From contig NC_043005.1 in the NCBI RefSeq assembly GCF_006345805.1, forward strand, positions 79,980,001 through 80,044,000: a stretch of 64,000 nucleotides of DNA, written 5' to 3'. The notes beneath the pieces were generated by a model, which did no database searches, was not told the DNA's origin, and saw only the letters and a program-made list of their open reading frames with translations. The stretch comes from Octopus sinensis (lineage: Eukaryota). Made by a program: the position numbers and the translations under genes. This document shows positions 1-13,283 of the stretch, in pieces. Every line of letters starts with the position of its first letter. Positions within the stretch are counted from its first letter, which is position 1.

Positions 1-141
1 CAACAATGGCGAGAATAAAAAGAATTGCATATAAAAAATTGTAGAATAATATGAATACAAATTGGGAATATTATGTTTTATGATGTATTTTATTTTGAAA
101 TAATTATTATTGTTGTCGCTATTGTTGCAGTTGTTGTTGTT

Positions 142-365
142 AAGGCAGTGAGCTTGTTGAATCGTTAGCACGCTGGACAACGTGCTGTTTGGCGGCATTT
201 CGTTCTCCTTTACGCTAAACCGTTCAAATTCCGCTGAGGTTGATATAACATTACACTCTATTCAGGTTGGGTGAAATACGTACCAGTCAAACACTGAGGT
301 AGATGTAATCGACTATGGCCCTACCCCACAAAATTCCACACCTTGTGTCTATAGCAGAAAGTATC
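142..365 (+). mobile_element. Degenerate tRNA-derived SINE, family A
   Basis: Head aaggcagtgagcttgttgaatcgttagcacg and B-box-like gttcaaattcc; aligns by eye with the cleaner copies at 3967 and 50446. Confidence 0.7.
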
Positions 366-397
366 ATCATCATCATCATCATCATTATTATTATAAT

Positions 398-921
398 TGA
401 GTGAGAGAGCAGTGCAATGCCATCAAAGTGACACCGGGGTAAAATATACGAAGCCCAATATACCCATCATGACTACCCGTCTGATAAAGGTACACCAGGC
501 ACATGCATCACAACCATATGTGCGCGACATGGTGATCTCATATCAAGATAAACAGCACATGACCTTGCAGGTGGGGCCCAGTTAGAATTTTCTTCAGGTT
601 GAGTAGCCCATCCCGCTCAAACGGTCCCTGAATAAGGGTTGTTTAAGGATGTTGAAAGAACCACCCATATTTCCAGAGGTGAACTATTCAACCCCAAAGA
701 ATCCCTCTCAGCACATGGCTATGATGCTCCCCCACTACTTCTGCTCGTGCTCAGAGATGCACATATCGTCAGCCACTAAGGGACATGCTCAACCGGTTAT
801 GGTCAACAACTGACAAGCAAATCTGTGGTATTGAGCAGAATATTTGCTGTAGCCCATCTTTTATACCAAACAAAACAATGTACATGATAACACTTCCAAT
901 CAGTTTAGATCAGAAGCATGA
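398..921. repeat. Unclassified interspersed repeat flanked by (ATC/ATT)n on both sides
   Basis: Complex, GC-richer block bounded by trinucleotide tracts. There is no second copy in the window, so repeat status rests on recall of octopus DNA. Confidence 0.3.
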
Positions 922-922
922 G

Positions 923-926
923 ATTA

Positions 927-990
<64 letters not shown>

Positions 991-994
991 TATT
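923..994. repeat. (TTA)n microsatellite
   Basis: Directly visible. Confidence 0.95.
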
Positions 995-1140
995 GTCTTT
1001 GCACGGCTTCTATCGCTAAGGATGTAGTACGGTGCCAGATGTTCACTACCAGAGAACTAAGGTAACACCTCTTATTTTTCGAGCACCATCCGGAGTATTC
1101 AAACGGTTCTAAGTAGTGCTGTTTTCTGCAAGTGCTCCAA
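995..1140 (-). mobile_element. 3' end relic of an R4/Dong-like (REL-endonuclease) non-LTR retrotransposon
   Basis: Minus frame 1140->1072 reads LEHLQKTALLRTV*ILRMVLEK*, matching the LQKTALLGTARILRKVL-type C-terminus of this group. A short 3' UTR then runs into (TAA)n. Confidence 0.65.
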
Positions 1141-1840
1141 TCTACTGTCCTTAGGGTTTAACTTTATTGGACTTCGAACTGGATGTTTTGTAGTATCTAG
1201 ACCGGCGCTCTAATGTCTGTTACGTTACCTTCTTTTGGCAGCGAGGTGGCTAAGTCCTTACAATGTTGGGAAAATGGCTTTTGGACATTTCGTTGTTTCT
1301 GTTCTGAACTCAACTACTGCCAAGGTTGACATTGCCCGTCATTTCTCCGTGGTCGACAAAATAAAGTACCCGTGAAGCACTTGGGTTGATGTTATCGGTT
1401 AAATATCTTTACGCAAAAAAGTTGGTCCTGTAGCCAATTATCAAATTTGGAACAGTGATTCTTCCCCCGTTTCTCTGTGTGTGTGGTGTGTGTGTGTGTG
1501 TACATTATGTATATATATATATATTATATATATATATAATATATATATATATATATGTATAATATATATATATATATATATACGGATATCTATACACAGT
1601 CATACGTGTATTTATACATGTGTAGGTGTGTGTGTGTATGTGTGCATCTGTCGCTCATATCGTCGCTTCCCGGACTGTTCTACCTAAATCTAGAGTACAT
1701 TGTACTTGTTAAGACAATATATCGTTAAAGAAATTTCTCCCTGGGGGAAAAACTGCAGGTTTAACTTTTCAACGATACGCCCTACGTTAAATATATCTCA
1801 CAGATAAAGAAGATATATCGATTGACAGATAGATAGATAT

Positions 1841-2238
1841 TCTTTTCTACTCTAGGCATAAGGCCCGAAATTTTGGAGGAGGGGATCAGTCAATTAGATC
1901 GACCCCAATACACAACTGGTACTTAATTTATCGACCCCGAAAGGATGAAAAGCAAAATCGATCTAAGTGGAATTTGAACTCATAATGTAAAGAAAGACGA
2001 AATACCTATTTCTTTACTACCCACAAGGGGCTAAACACAGAGAGTACAAACAAGGACAGACAAACAGATTAAGTCGATTAAATCGACCCCAGTGTGTATC
2101 TTGTACTTAATTTATCGACCCCGAAAGGATGAAAGGCAAAATCGACCTCGGCGGAATTTGAACTCAGAACGTAACGGCAGACGAAATGCGGCTACGTATT
2201 TCGCCCGGCGTGCTAACGTTTCTGCCAGCTCGCCGCCT
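1841..2238 (-). mobile_element. SINE family A, head-to-tail multimer
   Basis: One tRNA-like head near 2238, followed on the minus strand by a second internal unit (gttcaaattcc...gcctttcatcctttcggggtcgataaattaagtac). Confidence 0.85.
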
Positions 2239-2241
2239 ATT

Positions 2242-2242
<1 letters not shown>

Positions 2243-2292
<50 letters not shown>

Positions 2293-2293
2293 T

Positions 2294-2360
<67 letters not shown>
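2243..2360. repeat. (GATA)n microsatellite
   Basis: Directly visible. Confidence 0.95.
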
Positions 2361-2974
2361 CTGCCTTCCATTGTGTCCCTTGTTTTTATAAGACGGTAGG
2401 GTTATAATTTCTAGATTTCACTGCTATTTCTTGCAAACACACTGACTTATCTTTTGAATGTTGTATTCATTACACAGCAAAATTTTCAGTTGATGTTTGC
2501 GCCTCTATTTACTACAAAGCTCTCATGTATTTACTTAGATTTATCCTAGTCTTATTTACCTGATAACATATTATTTGCTGGAATCCGTTGATGAAATAAA
2601 TACCTCAAATGAATTGTGTATCACGCCTTAACTATGCATCATTAAAAAAGAATTTACATACAAAAGGAATACTTGAAGAAGCTATTAACAGCCGTAAAAG
2701 AAAAAGAAACGTTTGACCAAGCGTATTCCACTTCGTAAATAAAATAACTGCTGGGCAGTGACACAGAAAGTTCACATTGGCTTTTAATAATATTCTCTCC
2801 ACATCATAAGAGACATTAGGTAGGGTGAGTTGATGGAATCTAGACATTCTTTCACACATTAGCACAAAGTAAATGTGTGAGTGGAGTCGATCTGATAGAC
2901 ATACAAAAGTGTGCTATGTCTGAACTTTGTTTCCTCATAACATACAGAAAATTTGGATGATATTTAAGGAAATT

Positions 2975-3350
2975 TTCGGGTAAGATGTTTGCTTACCAGC
3001 CACATGGTTCTGGGTTCAGTCACACTGCATGTCACCTTGGACATGTATCTTCTACTATAGCTTCGGGCCGACAAAAGCCTTCTGAGAGGATTTAGTTGAC
3101 AGAAACTGAAAGAAACCCGTCGTGTATATGTGTGTATGTGTGTGCGTGCGTGCGCGCTTGTGTGTGTGTCTCCACCATTGCTTGACAACTGTTGTAGGCG
3201 TGTTTAGGTCTCCACAACCAGCAGTTCGGCAAAAGAGACGGATAGAATGAGTAACAGGCTTAAAGAAAAAGACAATGGGATCGATTCGTTCCTCAAAAAT
3301 ACTTCCATGTGGTGCCCCGGCATATCCGCAGTTTAATGACTGAAACAAAT
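2975..3350 (+). mobile_element. SINE family B (CORE-like, internal microsatellite)
   Basis: ggtaag...ccacatggttctgggttcagtc...accttgg(g)caagtgtcttctactatagc, then a (TG)n spacer and the conserved 3' half. Confidence 0.85.
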
Positions 3351-3414
3351 TTTTAAAAAAAGGAAAAAAAGAAATATTTGCCACACAGTGTTATACCTTT
3401 CACATGGTCGTCAG

Positions 3415-3800
3415 CGTGGCCATGTGGTAAGAACCCCCCCCCCTCCAGTCATTTGGTTCCAAGTTCAGTCCTATTCCGTAACATCTTGAGCAAGTGTCTT
3501 CTATCATAGCCCAAGTCTTCTGACGGAAATTGAAAGAGGTCTATCGTATAAATACATGTGTGTCTGTGTGTGTGTGTGTGTGTGTGTATGGATATGTGTG
3601 CTTGTCTTCACCACCGCTGGCAATCGGTATTGGCCTGCTTACTTTTCCGTAACTTAGCGCTTAGGCAAATGCGAACGATAGAAAAAATACCAGACTTGAA
3701 AAGAAATAGAAACAATAAGTAGAGATCGATTTGTTCGACTAAAACCTTAAGACAGGCTCCAGCATGGCCGTAGTCCAATGACAAGAACAAGTAAAAGCTA
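3415..3800 (+). mobile_element. SINE family B
   Basis: Same bipartite structure; more diverged. Confidence 0.75.
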
Positions 3801-3966
3801 TATACAAGAAACTTGCATCACAACCACATGGTTCCGGGTTCAGTGCCACTGCGTGGTAGATTGGGCGAGTGTTTTCTACTATAGCATCGGACCGACCAAA
3901 GTTTACGAGTGAATTTGGTAGACGGAAACTGAAAGAAGCCTGTCGTATGTATTTATTTTTATATAC

Positions 3967-4372
3967 AAGTCGGTGAGCTGGCAGAAACGTTAGCACGCCT
4001 GGCGAAATGCTTAGCGGTATTTCGTCAGCCGTTACGTTCTGAGTTCAAATTCCGCCGAGGTCGACTTTGCCTTTCATCCTTTCGGGATCGATTTAGAAAG
4101 TACCAGTTACGCACGGGTTCGATATAATCGACTTAATCCGTTTGTCTGTCCTTGTTTGTCCTCTCTGTGTTTATCCCCTTGTGGGTAGTAAAGAAATAGA
4201 AATAGGTATTTCGTCTGTCTTTGTGTTCTGAGCTCAAATTCTGCCGATGTAGACTTTGCTTTTCATCATTTCGGGATCGATATATTAAGTACCAGTTTCG
4301 TACTGGCGTCGATCTAATCGACTGCTTCGCTCCCTTAAAATTTCGGACCTTTTGCTTAGAGTAGAAAATAAT
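3967..4372 (+). mobile_element. SINE family A dimer
   Basis: A-box-like tggcagaaacgttag and B-box gttcaaattcc; a second headless unit starts near 4205. Confidence 0.85.
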
Positions 4373-4917
4373 AGTTATGTGTATAAATTTAAGTGTGTGT
4401 CTTTGTGTTTGTGTTTGTCCTCCCATTACTGCTTGGCAAACAACGTTGGTGTATTTAGCCCCCGTAACTTAGCGGTTCGTCAAAAGAGAAACGATTGTAG
4501 TAGCATAACAAAAATAGTCCTGCGGCCGATTTGTTCAACTAAAACCCTTCGAAGCGGTGTTACAGCATGGCTTCAGTTGAACGAAGAGAGAGAAAGAGAG
4601 GGAATTGCTCACAGCTGGTGAACAGGACCAACCTGAAAGCTAAATAGCAACAACAATGATTATTATTATGGTTCTTATTGACGTTTTGTCTTTTAATTGT
4701 TGCATTCACTGGACCGTGACCATACTGGGGTAACGCTCTGAAGGGTTTAGTCGAATATATCTAGCCCAGTGTTTATGTTTTTCTAAGCTTTCCCTTTTTG
4801 CCGAAACACTAGATTTTGAGGATGCAAACAAACCAACATCGATTGGGTGGGGAAACACAATGACATACATACATATAAGTACACATATATACAAGCATGC
4901 ATGGATTTTTATTTTTG

Positions 4918-5086
4918 GCACTCCGTCAGTTACGACGACGAGTGTTCCAGTTGGTCCGATCAACGGAAGAGCTTGCTCTTGAAATTAACGTGTAAGTGAC
5001 TGAGCACTCCACAGACACTTAATGTAGTTCTCCAGGAGATTCAGTGCGACACGGAATACAACAAGGCTGGCCCTTTGAATTACAGG
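4918..5086 (-). mobile_element. SINE family C, 3' fragment
   Basis: Reverse complement of the 3' part of the full copy at 52822-53193. Confidence 0.8.
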
Positions 5087-5204
5087 TGCACCTTATTTTT
5101 GGCACCGAAGTAAAGTGGAGCAACGGGAAATAAAGTGTCTTGCTCAAGGACTAAACGCGCCACCGTGAGTTACCCTAAGCACTATACGATGTGCCTTCAC
5201 GGAT

Positions 5205-5580
5205 GAGTAACTGTGTGGTAAGTAGCTTGCTTACCAACCACATGGTTCCGGGTTCAGTACCACTGCATGGCATCTTGGGCAAGTGTCTTCTACTATTGCC
5301 TCGAGCCGACCAAATCATTGTGTGTGGATTTGATAGACGGAAACTGAAAGAAGCCCGTAACATATGTGTGTGTGTGTGTTTGTGTGTCTGTGTTTGTCCT
5401 CCCACATCTCTTGACAACCGATGTTGGTGTATATATTCTCCCGTAACTTAGCGGTTCGGCAAAAGTGACCGATTGAATAAGTACTGAGCATACAAAGAAT
5501 AAGTGTTGGGGTTGATTTGGTCGACTAAAGGCGGTGCTCCAGCATGGCTGCAGTCAAATGACTGAAACAAATAAAAGAAA
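5205..5580 (+). mobile_element. SINE family B, near full length
   Basis: Complete head, (TG)n spacer and 3' half ending gactgaaacaaataaaaga. Confidence 0.9.
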
Positions 5581-6169
5581 GCGACTAAAAGAATGCATAC
5601 ATACAAACATATGACAGGTTTTCACACAGTTTTCCGTCTACCAAATTCACTCACAAGGCATTGGTCGGAGCAGATGCCGCATAGTGGGACTGAAACAGGA
5701 ATCATGTGATCGGGAAGCAAAATTCTTACCACAATCCATATTTTCTGGAAATATTTCAAAGTTTCATCACAGGCTAAATGATATCATTAAAATATTTTAC
5801 TTGCCTTTTTTGCTTTCTTTCTTTTTTTGTGAATGTTCCCATATGATGAGAATAAAGAATACCAACAAAATCGCTTCTTTATTTTTTCTTTTTCTTTTTT
5901 TTTTATTATAGGCGCAGGAATGGCTGTGTGGTAAGTAGCTTACTTACCAACCACCACATGGGTTCAGTCACAGTGCATGGCACCTTCGGCAAGTGTCTTC
6001 TACTATAGCATCGGGCAAACCAAAACCTTGTTCAGCTTATTTATCATTGAGATTATTCACGTCTAGGAGAGTTAATGAATAATTGAGTGAGAGTGAGGAA
6101 TGCAATATATGTATCTGTGTGTATATGCATACACACACACACACACACACACACAACATATATATTAAT

Positions 6170-6355
6170 AAATAAAACATATGCATATATATAAACATAT
6201 ATGTACGTACTTACCTCTACATGTACATATACACGCATATATGAGTACAGGACACCAAAAGGACGTCGAACACAATGAGAAACGAAAACATAGACACAAA
6301 CCAAGGAACTGGACATTTTTTTAAAAACAGCAAAAAATAGAGTACAGGACAATTA
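6170..6355 (-). repeat. Fragment of the repeat also present at about 54200-54420
   Basis: gagtacaggacaccaaaaggacgtc... is the reverse-complement homologue of ...gacgtcctgtaccc... at about 54315. Confidence 0.6.
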
Positions 6356-6440
6356 TACATATATACATATAAAATAAAGGAATTTTGTTAATTCGTCGTT
6401 CAACTCCAATCTTCATATATTTATATTTTTAAGAAATAAT

Positions 6441-6505
<65 letters not shown>

Positions 6506-6605
6506 TGGCCTGCTAAGGCTAAAACAATGCGAACTGCATTATGACCAGCGAGATGTAGGAACATCTGATAGCCTGGTCGGTCACGGTGATCAGGTGATAC
6601 ACACA

Positions 6606-6660
<55 letters not shown>

Positions 6661-6991
6661 ATAAAGGAAGTGCAAGATGTTACTAAAAATGTTGAAAATG
6701 CAAAAACGGATGTGATGTTTTGTAATCGTGTTAATGAAATTTGAGAAAATTGCAAATGAAATCAGGCTAAACAAAAGAATAATGTTAATGCTCGACTGTA
6801 ACGGAAGCCTAACGGACACATCTAAGTGCTTGAGAGTATTACAAAAAGAAAATAGCCAAACACACATATATATGGACACGAACACATATTTTGCACACAC
6901 ACGCACGGCCACAAACACAGGCACATAAACATGCACAAACATACACTGTTTTAGTGGTAGCCATGATACTGTCATATATATATATATTATA

Positions 6992-7034
<43 letters not shown>

Positions 7035-7077
7035 TTATATATATATATGCATATATGTATGTATGTATAAATATATC

Positions 7078-7134
<57 letters not shown>

Positions 7135-7394
7135 TAATATGTATATATACATATATATCTATCTATACATACATTATATTACACTCAAAAATATATACCT
7201 ACACACACGCGCACACACATGTATATATATGCGACAGACTTCTATACAGTTTTCATCTAAAAATTCCCTCACAAGGCATTGGTTTGCCGAGGGATATATC
7301 CGAAGGAACTCTTGCCCAAGGTGCAATGCAATGGCACTGGAATCGAAACTAGGTGATTGCACTGAACTCCTTAACACGTGCGTGCACACACAGA

Positions 7395-7472
7395 GTTAGA
7401 TAGATTGATTGATAGACAGACAGGCTGACAGACAGGTAGATAGATAGACAGACAGAGAGACAGATAGGTAGG

Positions 7473-7528
<56 letters not shown>

Positions 7529-7641
7529 AAGATAGATAGAGAGAGAGTGACAAAGACAGACTGAGAGACAGACAAATAGATAGAATGATAGATAGATAGA
7601 TTGATAGATAGAGTGAGAAACAGACAGACATAGAGATAGTC

Positions 7642-7680
<39 letters not shown>

Positions 7681-7681
7681 G

Positions 7682-7712
<31 letters not shown>

Positions 7713-7725
7713 GAGATAGATAGAG

Positions 7726-7791
<66 letters not shown>

Positions 7792-7840
7792 TCAGTCAGA
7801 CAGACAGACAAACAGAGAAGCAGACAGACAGACAGATACT
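7395..7840. repeat. (GATA/GACA)n compound microsatellite
   Basis: Directly visible; it explains the 172-aa YLSI ORF. Confidence 0.95.
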
Positions 7841-9117
7841 TTCGTATGTTTGCTTTCGGTTTACCGGTTTCGGTTACACTGGATGGCATTCATCGTGGGA
7901 CACTTGAATCTTCAGAGAATCATATCAATCTCTCGTTTCAGTTTGGAATTAATCTACAATGCATCATTTACCGAGTGGGTACGTTACATTTTGGCGTAAA
8001 AGAACTCTAATCAACGCACTTTATTTGCCCTCAAAACATACTAGATTCATAGTGCGTTTATTCAACGATCTTCGCACAGTTCCCGTCATCACAATTCCAT
8101 TCACCAACTATTAGCCGGCCGAAGAATACAGTGAAAAATATTTTGAAAAGTGCATGGGATTGAACACGGAACCAATTATTTCTGAAAGGAATTTGTTAAC
8201 TCGACATTAGTGAGTGCGTGTCTTTTCTCAGTAATTTACATGAACTCTAATGAGTTTCCTTAATTGATTAATAGTTATGTTTTGGATTACGTTATTTTAC
8301 TCTGCACTTAACTCTATCTTTTTAACGCAGAATGCAAACTTGACAGATTTTCCTTTCTAATTATTTTAAATTCTCGAATCAAGAAATAAATTTTAGACGG
8401 AAAATGTTATTCTGTCAACTCATTTTAATGTCTGGTAGTCACGTGCTACAATATACCACGCTGAGAATGATCTATCGATTATGAAACTTGTCCGGAGATA
8501 TCATCGTAAATACGAAAGTTAGAGTCACTCCCAGCTACATATATCCATTTAAATTTTAATCAATTTAAATTCCTGAGTTTCCTCCCTTGCCCCTCTTTAT
8601 AAAAAGCATTCTTTATAATCATTGTTCTTCTAAATACAGGATAATTTCAATTAATTATGCTTTATTTTTAAGGGAAGTTCATTACATTGAATGTGTTAGC
8701 CCGCAGTTCATTATATATTCTTCATGCTGAAAGCATCTTTTGAAAATATTTCATTGTTATTAAAATTGTAATGTGAAGGTGGATCGAAAGATGAATATGG
8801 AAGAACTGTTAGAAAAACATTTGTGAGAAATCAGGTGTTTGTGAGAATGAGAATGGAGGAGAGGGCAAGTCGGTATGTAGCAAACAGAGATAATTGAATT
8901 AATAGGGATACAAGTGATGTAAAATGACGTCCCACCTTGCGATATTCGAGAGATAATTTAGTAATTTTCTTCATTTAAATGTGGTTGTGTGGTAAGAAGT
9001 TTGCTTCCTAACGACAGGGTTTCGGGTTCGGTATCATTGCGTGGCACCTTGGGCAAAGGTCTTATACTAAAGACTTCTGAGTTGATTTCGTAGATTGAAT
9101 GTGAAAGAAGCCAGTCC

Positions 9118-9215
9118 TGTATGTATGTATGTATGTATGTATGTATGTATGTATGTATGTATGTATGTATGTATGTATGTATGTATGTATGTATGTATGT
9201 ATGTATGTATGTATG

Positions 9216-9244
<29 letters not shown>
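9118..9244. repeat. (ATGT)n microsatellite
   Basis: Directly visible perfect tract. Confidence 0.95.
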
Positions 9245-9246
<2 letters not shown>

Positions 9247-9293
9247 GCAAAGCTATGTATATATGCATATATATATATATATATATATATATC

Positions 9294-9677
9294 CGTGTGG
9301 TAAGTAGCTTGCTTACCAAACACATGCTTCCCGGTTCAGCCCCATTGCGTGGCACCTTGGGCAAGTGTCTTCTACTATAGCCTCGGGCCAACCAAAGCCT
9401 TGTGAGTGGATTTGGTAGACAGAAACTGAAAGAAGACCGCCGTATATATGTATATATATGTATGTGTGTGTATATGTCTGTGTGTCTGTTTGTCCCCTCG
9501 ACATCGCTTGACAACCGATGCTGCTTTGTTTACGTCCCCATAACTTAACGCTTTGGCAAAGAGACCGATAGAATATGTACTAAGCTTACGAAGAATAAGT
9601 CCTGGGGACGATTTGTCGACTAAGTGCGGTGCAGTATGGCTACAGTCAAATTTTTGAAACAAGTAAAAGAGTAAAGA
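9294..9677 (+). mobile_element. SINE family B, full length
   Basis: Complete structure; its 3' half is copied in inverted form at about 10822-10989. Confidence 0.9.
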
Positions 9678-9688
9678 TATATATATAT

Positions 9689-9747
<59 letters not shown>

Positions 9748-9753
9748 TATATC

Positions 9754-9784
<31 letters not shown>

Positions 9785-10300
9785 CAAAGGGTGGAAAATT
9801 CTCCCCGAGAACAAACTGCAGATTTTTTTCTGTAGTAGTTTACTTGAAGACACACGGGGTCGGGCGGTGGAAGCTAAGCGAACCTCATTCATATTTTGGA
9901 TTCGGCGGTACTAACACTGAATATGATCTGTCTGATAACGTTAGGTGGAGAGATATATTCAACTATTCTTGTACCCTCGAATTATTGTGGAATACCATGC
10001 TGATGAAGAAAATGGTTAGTAAAGTATAATTTTATATTCGTTATGCAAAACCTAATTCTGAAACGTGAATCCATGGATGACCAGATATTGATTGATTTTC
10101 GTTGCTTTACTCTCTGCCTGTGTGTATTGGCTTCAAGTATTTTGGTTTCTCCAGGAGTTCCTTTTTAAAGTAGAAGAAATAGCTAAGATTTTTGGCTGCT
10201 ATTTCTAAAACTTCGGTGTGTGGTGAAGCAAATCTTTGCTGAAACCATTTATTAATTATATATATATATATGAAGCAAATCTTTGCTGAAACCACTTTAC

Positions 10301-10339
<39 letters not shown>

Positions 10340-10989
10340 ATAAAAGGTTTCAGCAAAGATTTGCTTCACCACACACGAAGTTAAGAAATAGCAGCCAAAA
10401 ATCTTAGCTATTTCTTCTACTTTAAAAAGGGACTCCTGGAGAAACCAAAATACTTGAAGCCAATTCACACAGGCAGAGAGTAAAGCAACGAAAATCAATC
10501 AATATCTGGTCATCCATGGATTCACGTTTCAGAATTAGGTCTTGCATAACGAATATAAAATTATACTTTACTAACCATTTTCTTCATCAGCATGGTATTC
10601 TACAATAATTCGAGGGTACAAGAATAGTTGAATATATCTCTCCACCTAACGTTATCAGACAGATCATATTCAGTGTTAGTACCGCCGAATTCAAAATATG
10701 AATGAGGTTCGCTTAGCTTCCACCGCCCGTCCGCGTGTGTCTTCAAGTAAACTACTACAGAAAAAAATCTGCAGTTTGTTCTCGGGGAGAATTTTCCACC
10801 CTTTGTAATGTATATATATAGCTTTACTCTTTTACTTGTTTCAATAATTTGACTGTGGCCATACTGAAGCACCGCACTTAGTCGAGCAAATCGTCCCCAG
10901 GACTTATTCTTCGTAAGCTTAGTACATATTCTATCGGTCTCTTTGCCAAAGCGTTAAGTTATGGGGACGTAAACAAAGCAGCATCGGTT
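9513..10989. repeat. Long inverted duplication centred on (TA)n
   Basis: 9513-~10255 is the reverse complement of ~10335-10989; the ORF track shows the mirrored peptides at 9844 (+) and 10600 (-). Confidence 0.95.
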
Positions 10990-11049
10990 ATATATATATA
11001 TATATTATATATATACTAAAGAGTGTTAAAGGATTTCTTTGTCTCATTA

Positions 11050-11155
11050 TGAAGAGGGGGTCGGGACAAAACAAGCTCAAATACACACACTCACACACAC
11101 ATATATATGTGTGAGTGTGTGTATTTGAGTTTGTTTTGTCCCGACCCCCTCTTCA
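11050..11155. repeat. Near-perfect palindrome with arms of about 50 bp, centred on atatatat
   Basis: tgaagagggggtcgggacaaaacaagctcaaatacacacactcacac versus gtgtgagtgtgtgtatttgagtttgttttgtcccgaccccctcttca. Confidence 0.9.
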
Positions 11156-11943
11156 CAACTGGTGTCGGTGTGCTTACATCTCCGTACTTAGTGGTTCGGC
11201 AAAGGGTCAAATAGAATAAGTACCAGGTTCAAAAAGAAAATAAGTACTGGGAGGGGGCGATTAGTTCGACTAAAATTCCTCAGAGTGCTGCCCCAGTATG
11301 GCCGTAGACTAATGACTGAATCAACGAAAAGTGTAAAAGGAAAAAAAAAATATTGTATGAATAGACGATAGTCTTACCTGAGTTACGCCTGTTGCTTTGG
11401 CCATTCATGACTATTCAGTAAAGAAAAACATATGTCGCTTTTAAAAAGTTAGATGAACGCCATACATCTTGTGTGTTGAAAGAGAGAAAAATGTCTTTGA
11501 ATATAAATTGAAAGATGTAAGGATTGTATTATATATTAGAACTTATTGCTGAAATGAGTGTGTATGTGGAGATACTTCTATGATATTCTGATTGTATAGG
11601 AATATAATATACCTAATTTGATTTTTTTGGTTTAGTAAATGGTTAAAATTTAAGGATTGATCTTCGTTTTGGTTCGGAGTATAAATACTTAAAGGTTAAC
11701 CTTTATTGCCTATTTGTGTAAATGGAATTTAGGAGGGACGATTCGATTGAAAGAACAAGGAAGAATTTAAAAGTAAAAGAAAGGGAAGAAGAAAGACTGA
11801 ATGGAAGATGTTTGTAGCTATGTGTGTACGTGAGTATATGTTTGTGTGTGACTGTGTGTTTGTGTATAAATATAAATAGATATAAATATATATCCAACAT
11901 CTATCTATCTAGCCGTCTGTCTGTCTGTCTGTCTCTCTGTCTA

Positions 11944-11976
<33 letters not shown>

Positions 11977-12160
11977 GTTTATATATATATATATATAAAC
12001 ACACACAGAGTGTGTGAATGGATATATATATCCACTCTCACACTTACTGGCACGCACAAAAATGTATGAATGCATTGATACACGAACACACACAGAGACA
12101 CACACACGCACGCACAAGTGTAATATATGTCTAATATTATGAATTATATATATATGTTAT

Positions 12161-12193
<33 letters not shown>

Positions 12194-12925
12194 TATTATA
12201 TATAATACCTATATATATATGTATATATATATGTATATATATATATATATATTATATATATATATATATATATGTATAGCATATATATGTGTAAATATAT
12301 ATATATATATATATAATATTATATATATATATATTATATATATCATATATATATATTAATTATATGCAGAAGAGCGAGATTTCAAATGATATATATTATT
12401 CATTCTCAATATATTATGAGAAATTCGAACGTAAATCTCTGCTAGTTGTTCTTTTACGTCATCGGAGAACAACTCCACTCTTTAGTCAATGTGTGCTTGT
12501 AGCCCACGCGATTAACTAGCGCCACATTTTATGAGTAGTTCCATACAAGCAATAAAGGCACACGTCGCACCTGTAATATTAGATAATGTCATGGATGGTG
12601 CGCACATGTATATGTAAATATACATGCTTTAATGTGGTTGATTCGAGCCCTGGGCAGCAATTCTTAGTCTCATTGTATACCCATGTGCGTAAAAGAAATG
12701 TAAATTCGATCAGAGGCAGACAACTCAGTAACTGTGTACGAGTTTATAGTAAAGTTATACTTCAACAAACTTCAAAATGACAATTGATGTTTAATACAAC
12801 GATGTGTGTGCGTGTGAGTATGTATTGTGCATATTATACATGTTCATGAGTGCGTGTGTCTGTGTGTGCCAATACTCATACAGATACACTTACACATATA
12901 TGTATGCGTATATATATATATATAT

Positions 12926-13280
12926 ATCGTGACGTATATTTGCCATTTGAAGATGGCTAACCCCTAAGGGTGGATGCTACTGTAGTTTGTAGCCCCAGGA
13001 AGACACCTCCTCCAGCTGGCTATAGACACACTTTCTGTGCCCTATCAGTATTTGCGAAGGGAAGCCATCCTTCCCGTCTTCAACTTATGATACACACGGA
13101 CTCGAGTTTCAGGGTATTGACCCGTCATTGGCGTGTGACAATCATAGTTGTCGATGAGAATTCGGTTCCCTTCACAAATACATATACTTTTTCTAGCATC
13201 GATTGACACTGATATTGAAACTACAGTAGCATCCACCTTTAGGGGTTAGCCATATTCAAATGGCAAATATACGTCACGAT
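12926..13280. mobile_element. MITE-like unit with 63-bp terminal inverted repeats
   Basis: 12926-12988 and 13218-13280 are reverse complements with 2 mismatches. Confidence 0.75.
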
Positions 13281-13283
13281 GTG

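Noticed and set aside
7845-8010. Two overlapping open frames of about 50 codons with a possible AG/GT microexon
   Set aside because: No recognisable homology; compatible with chance.
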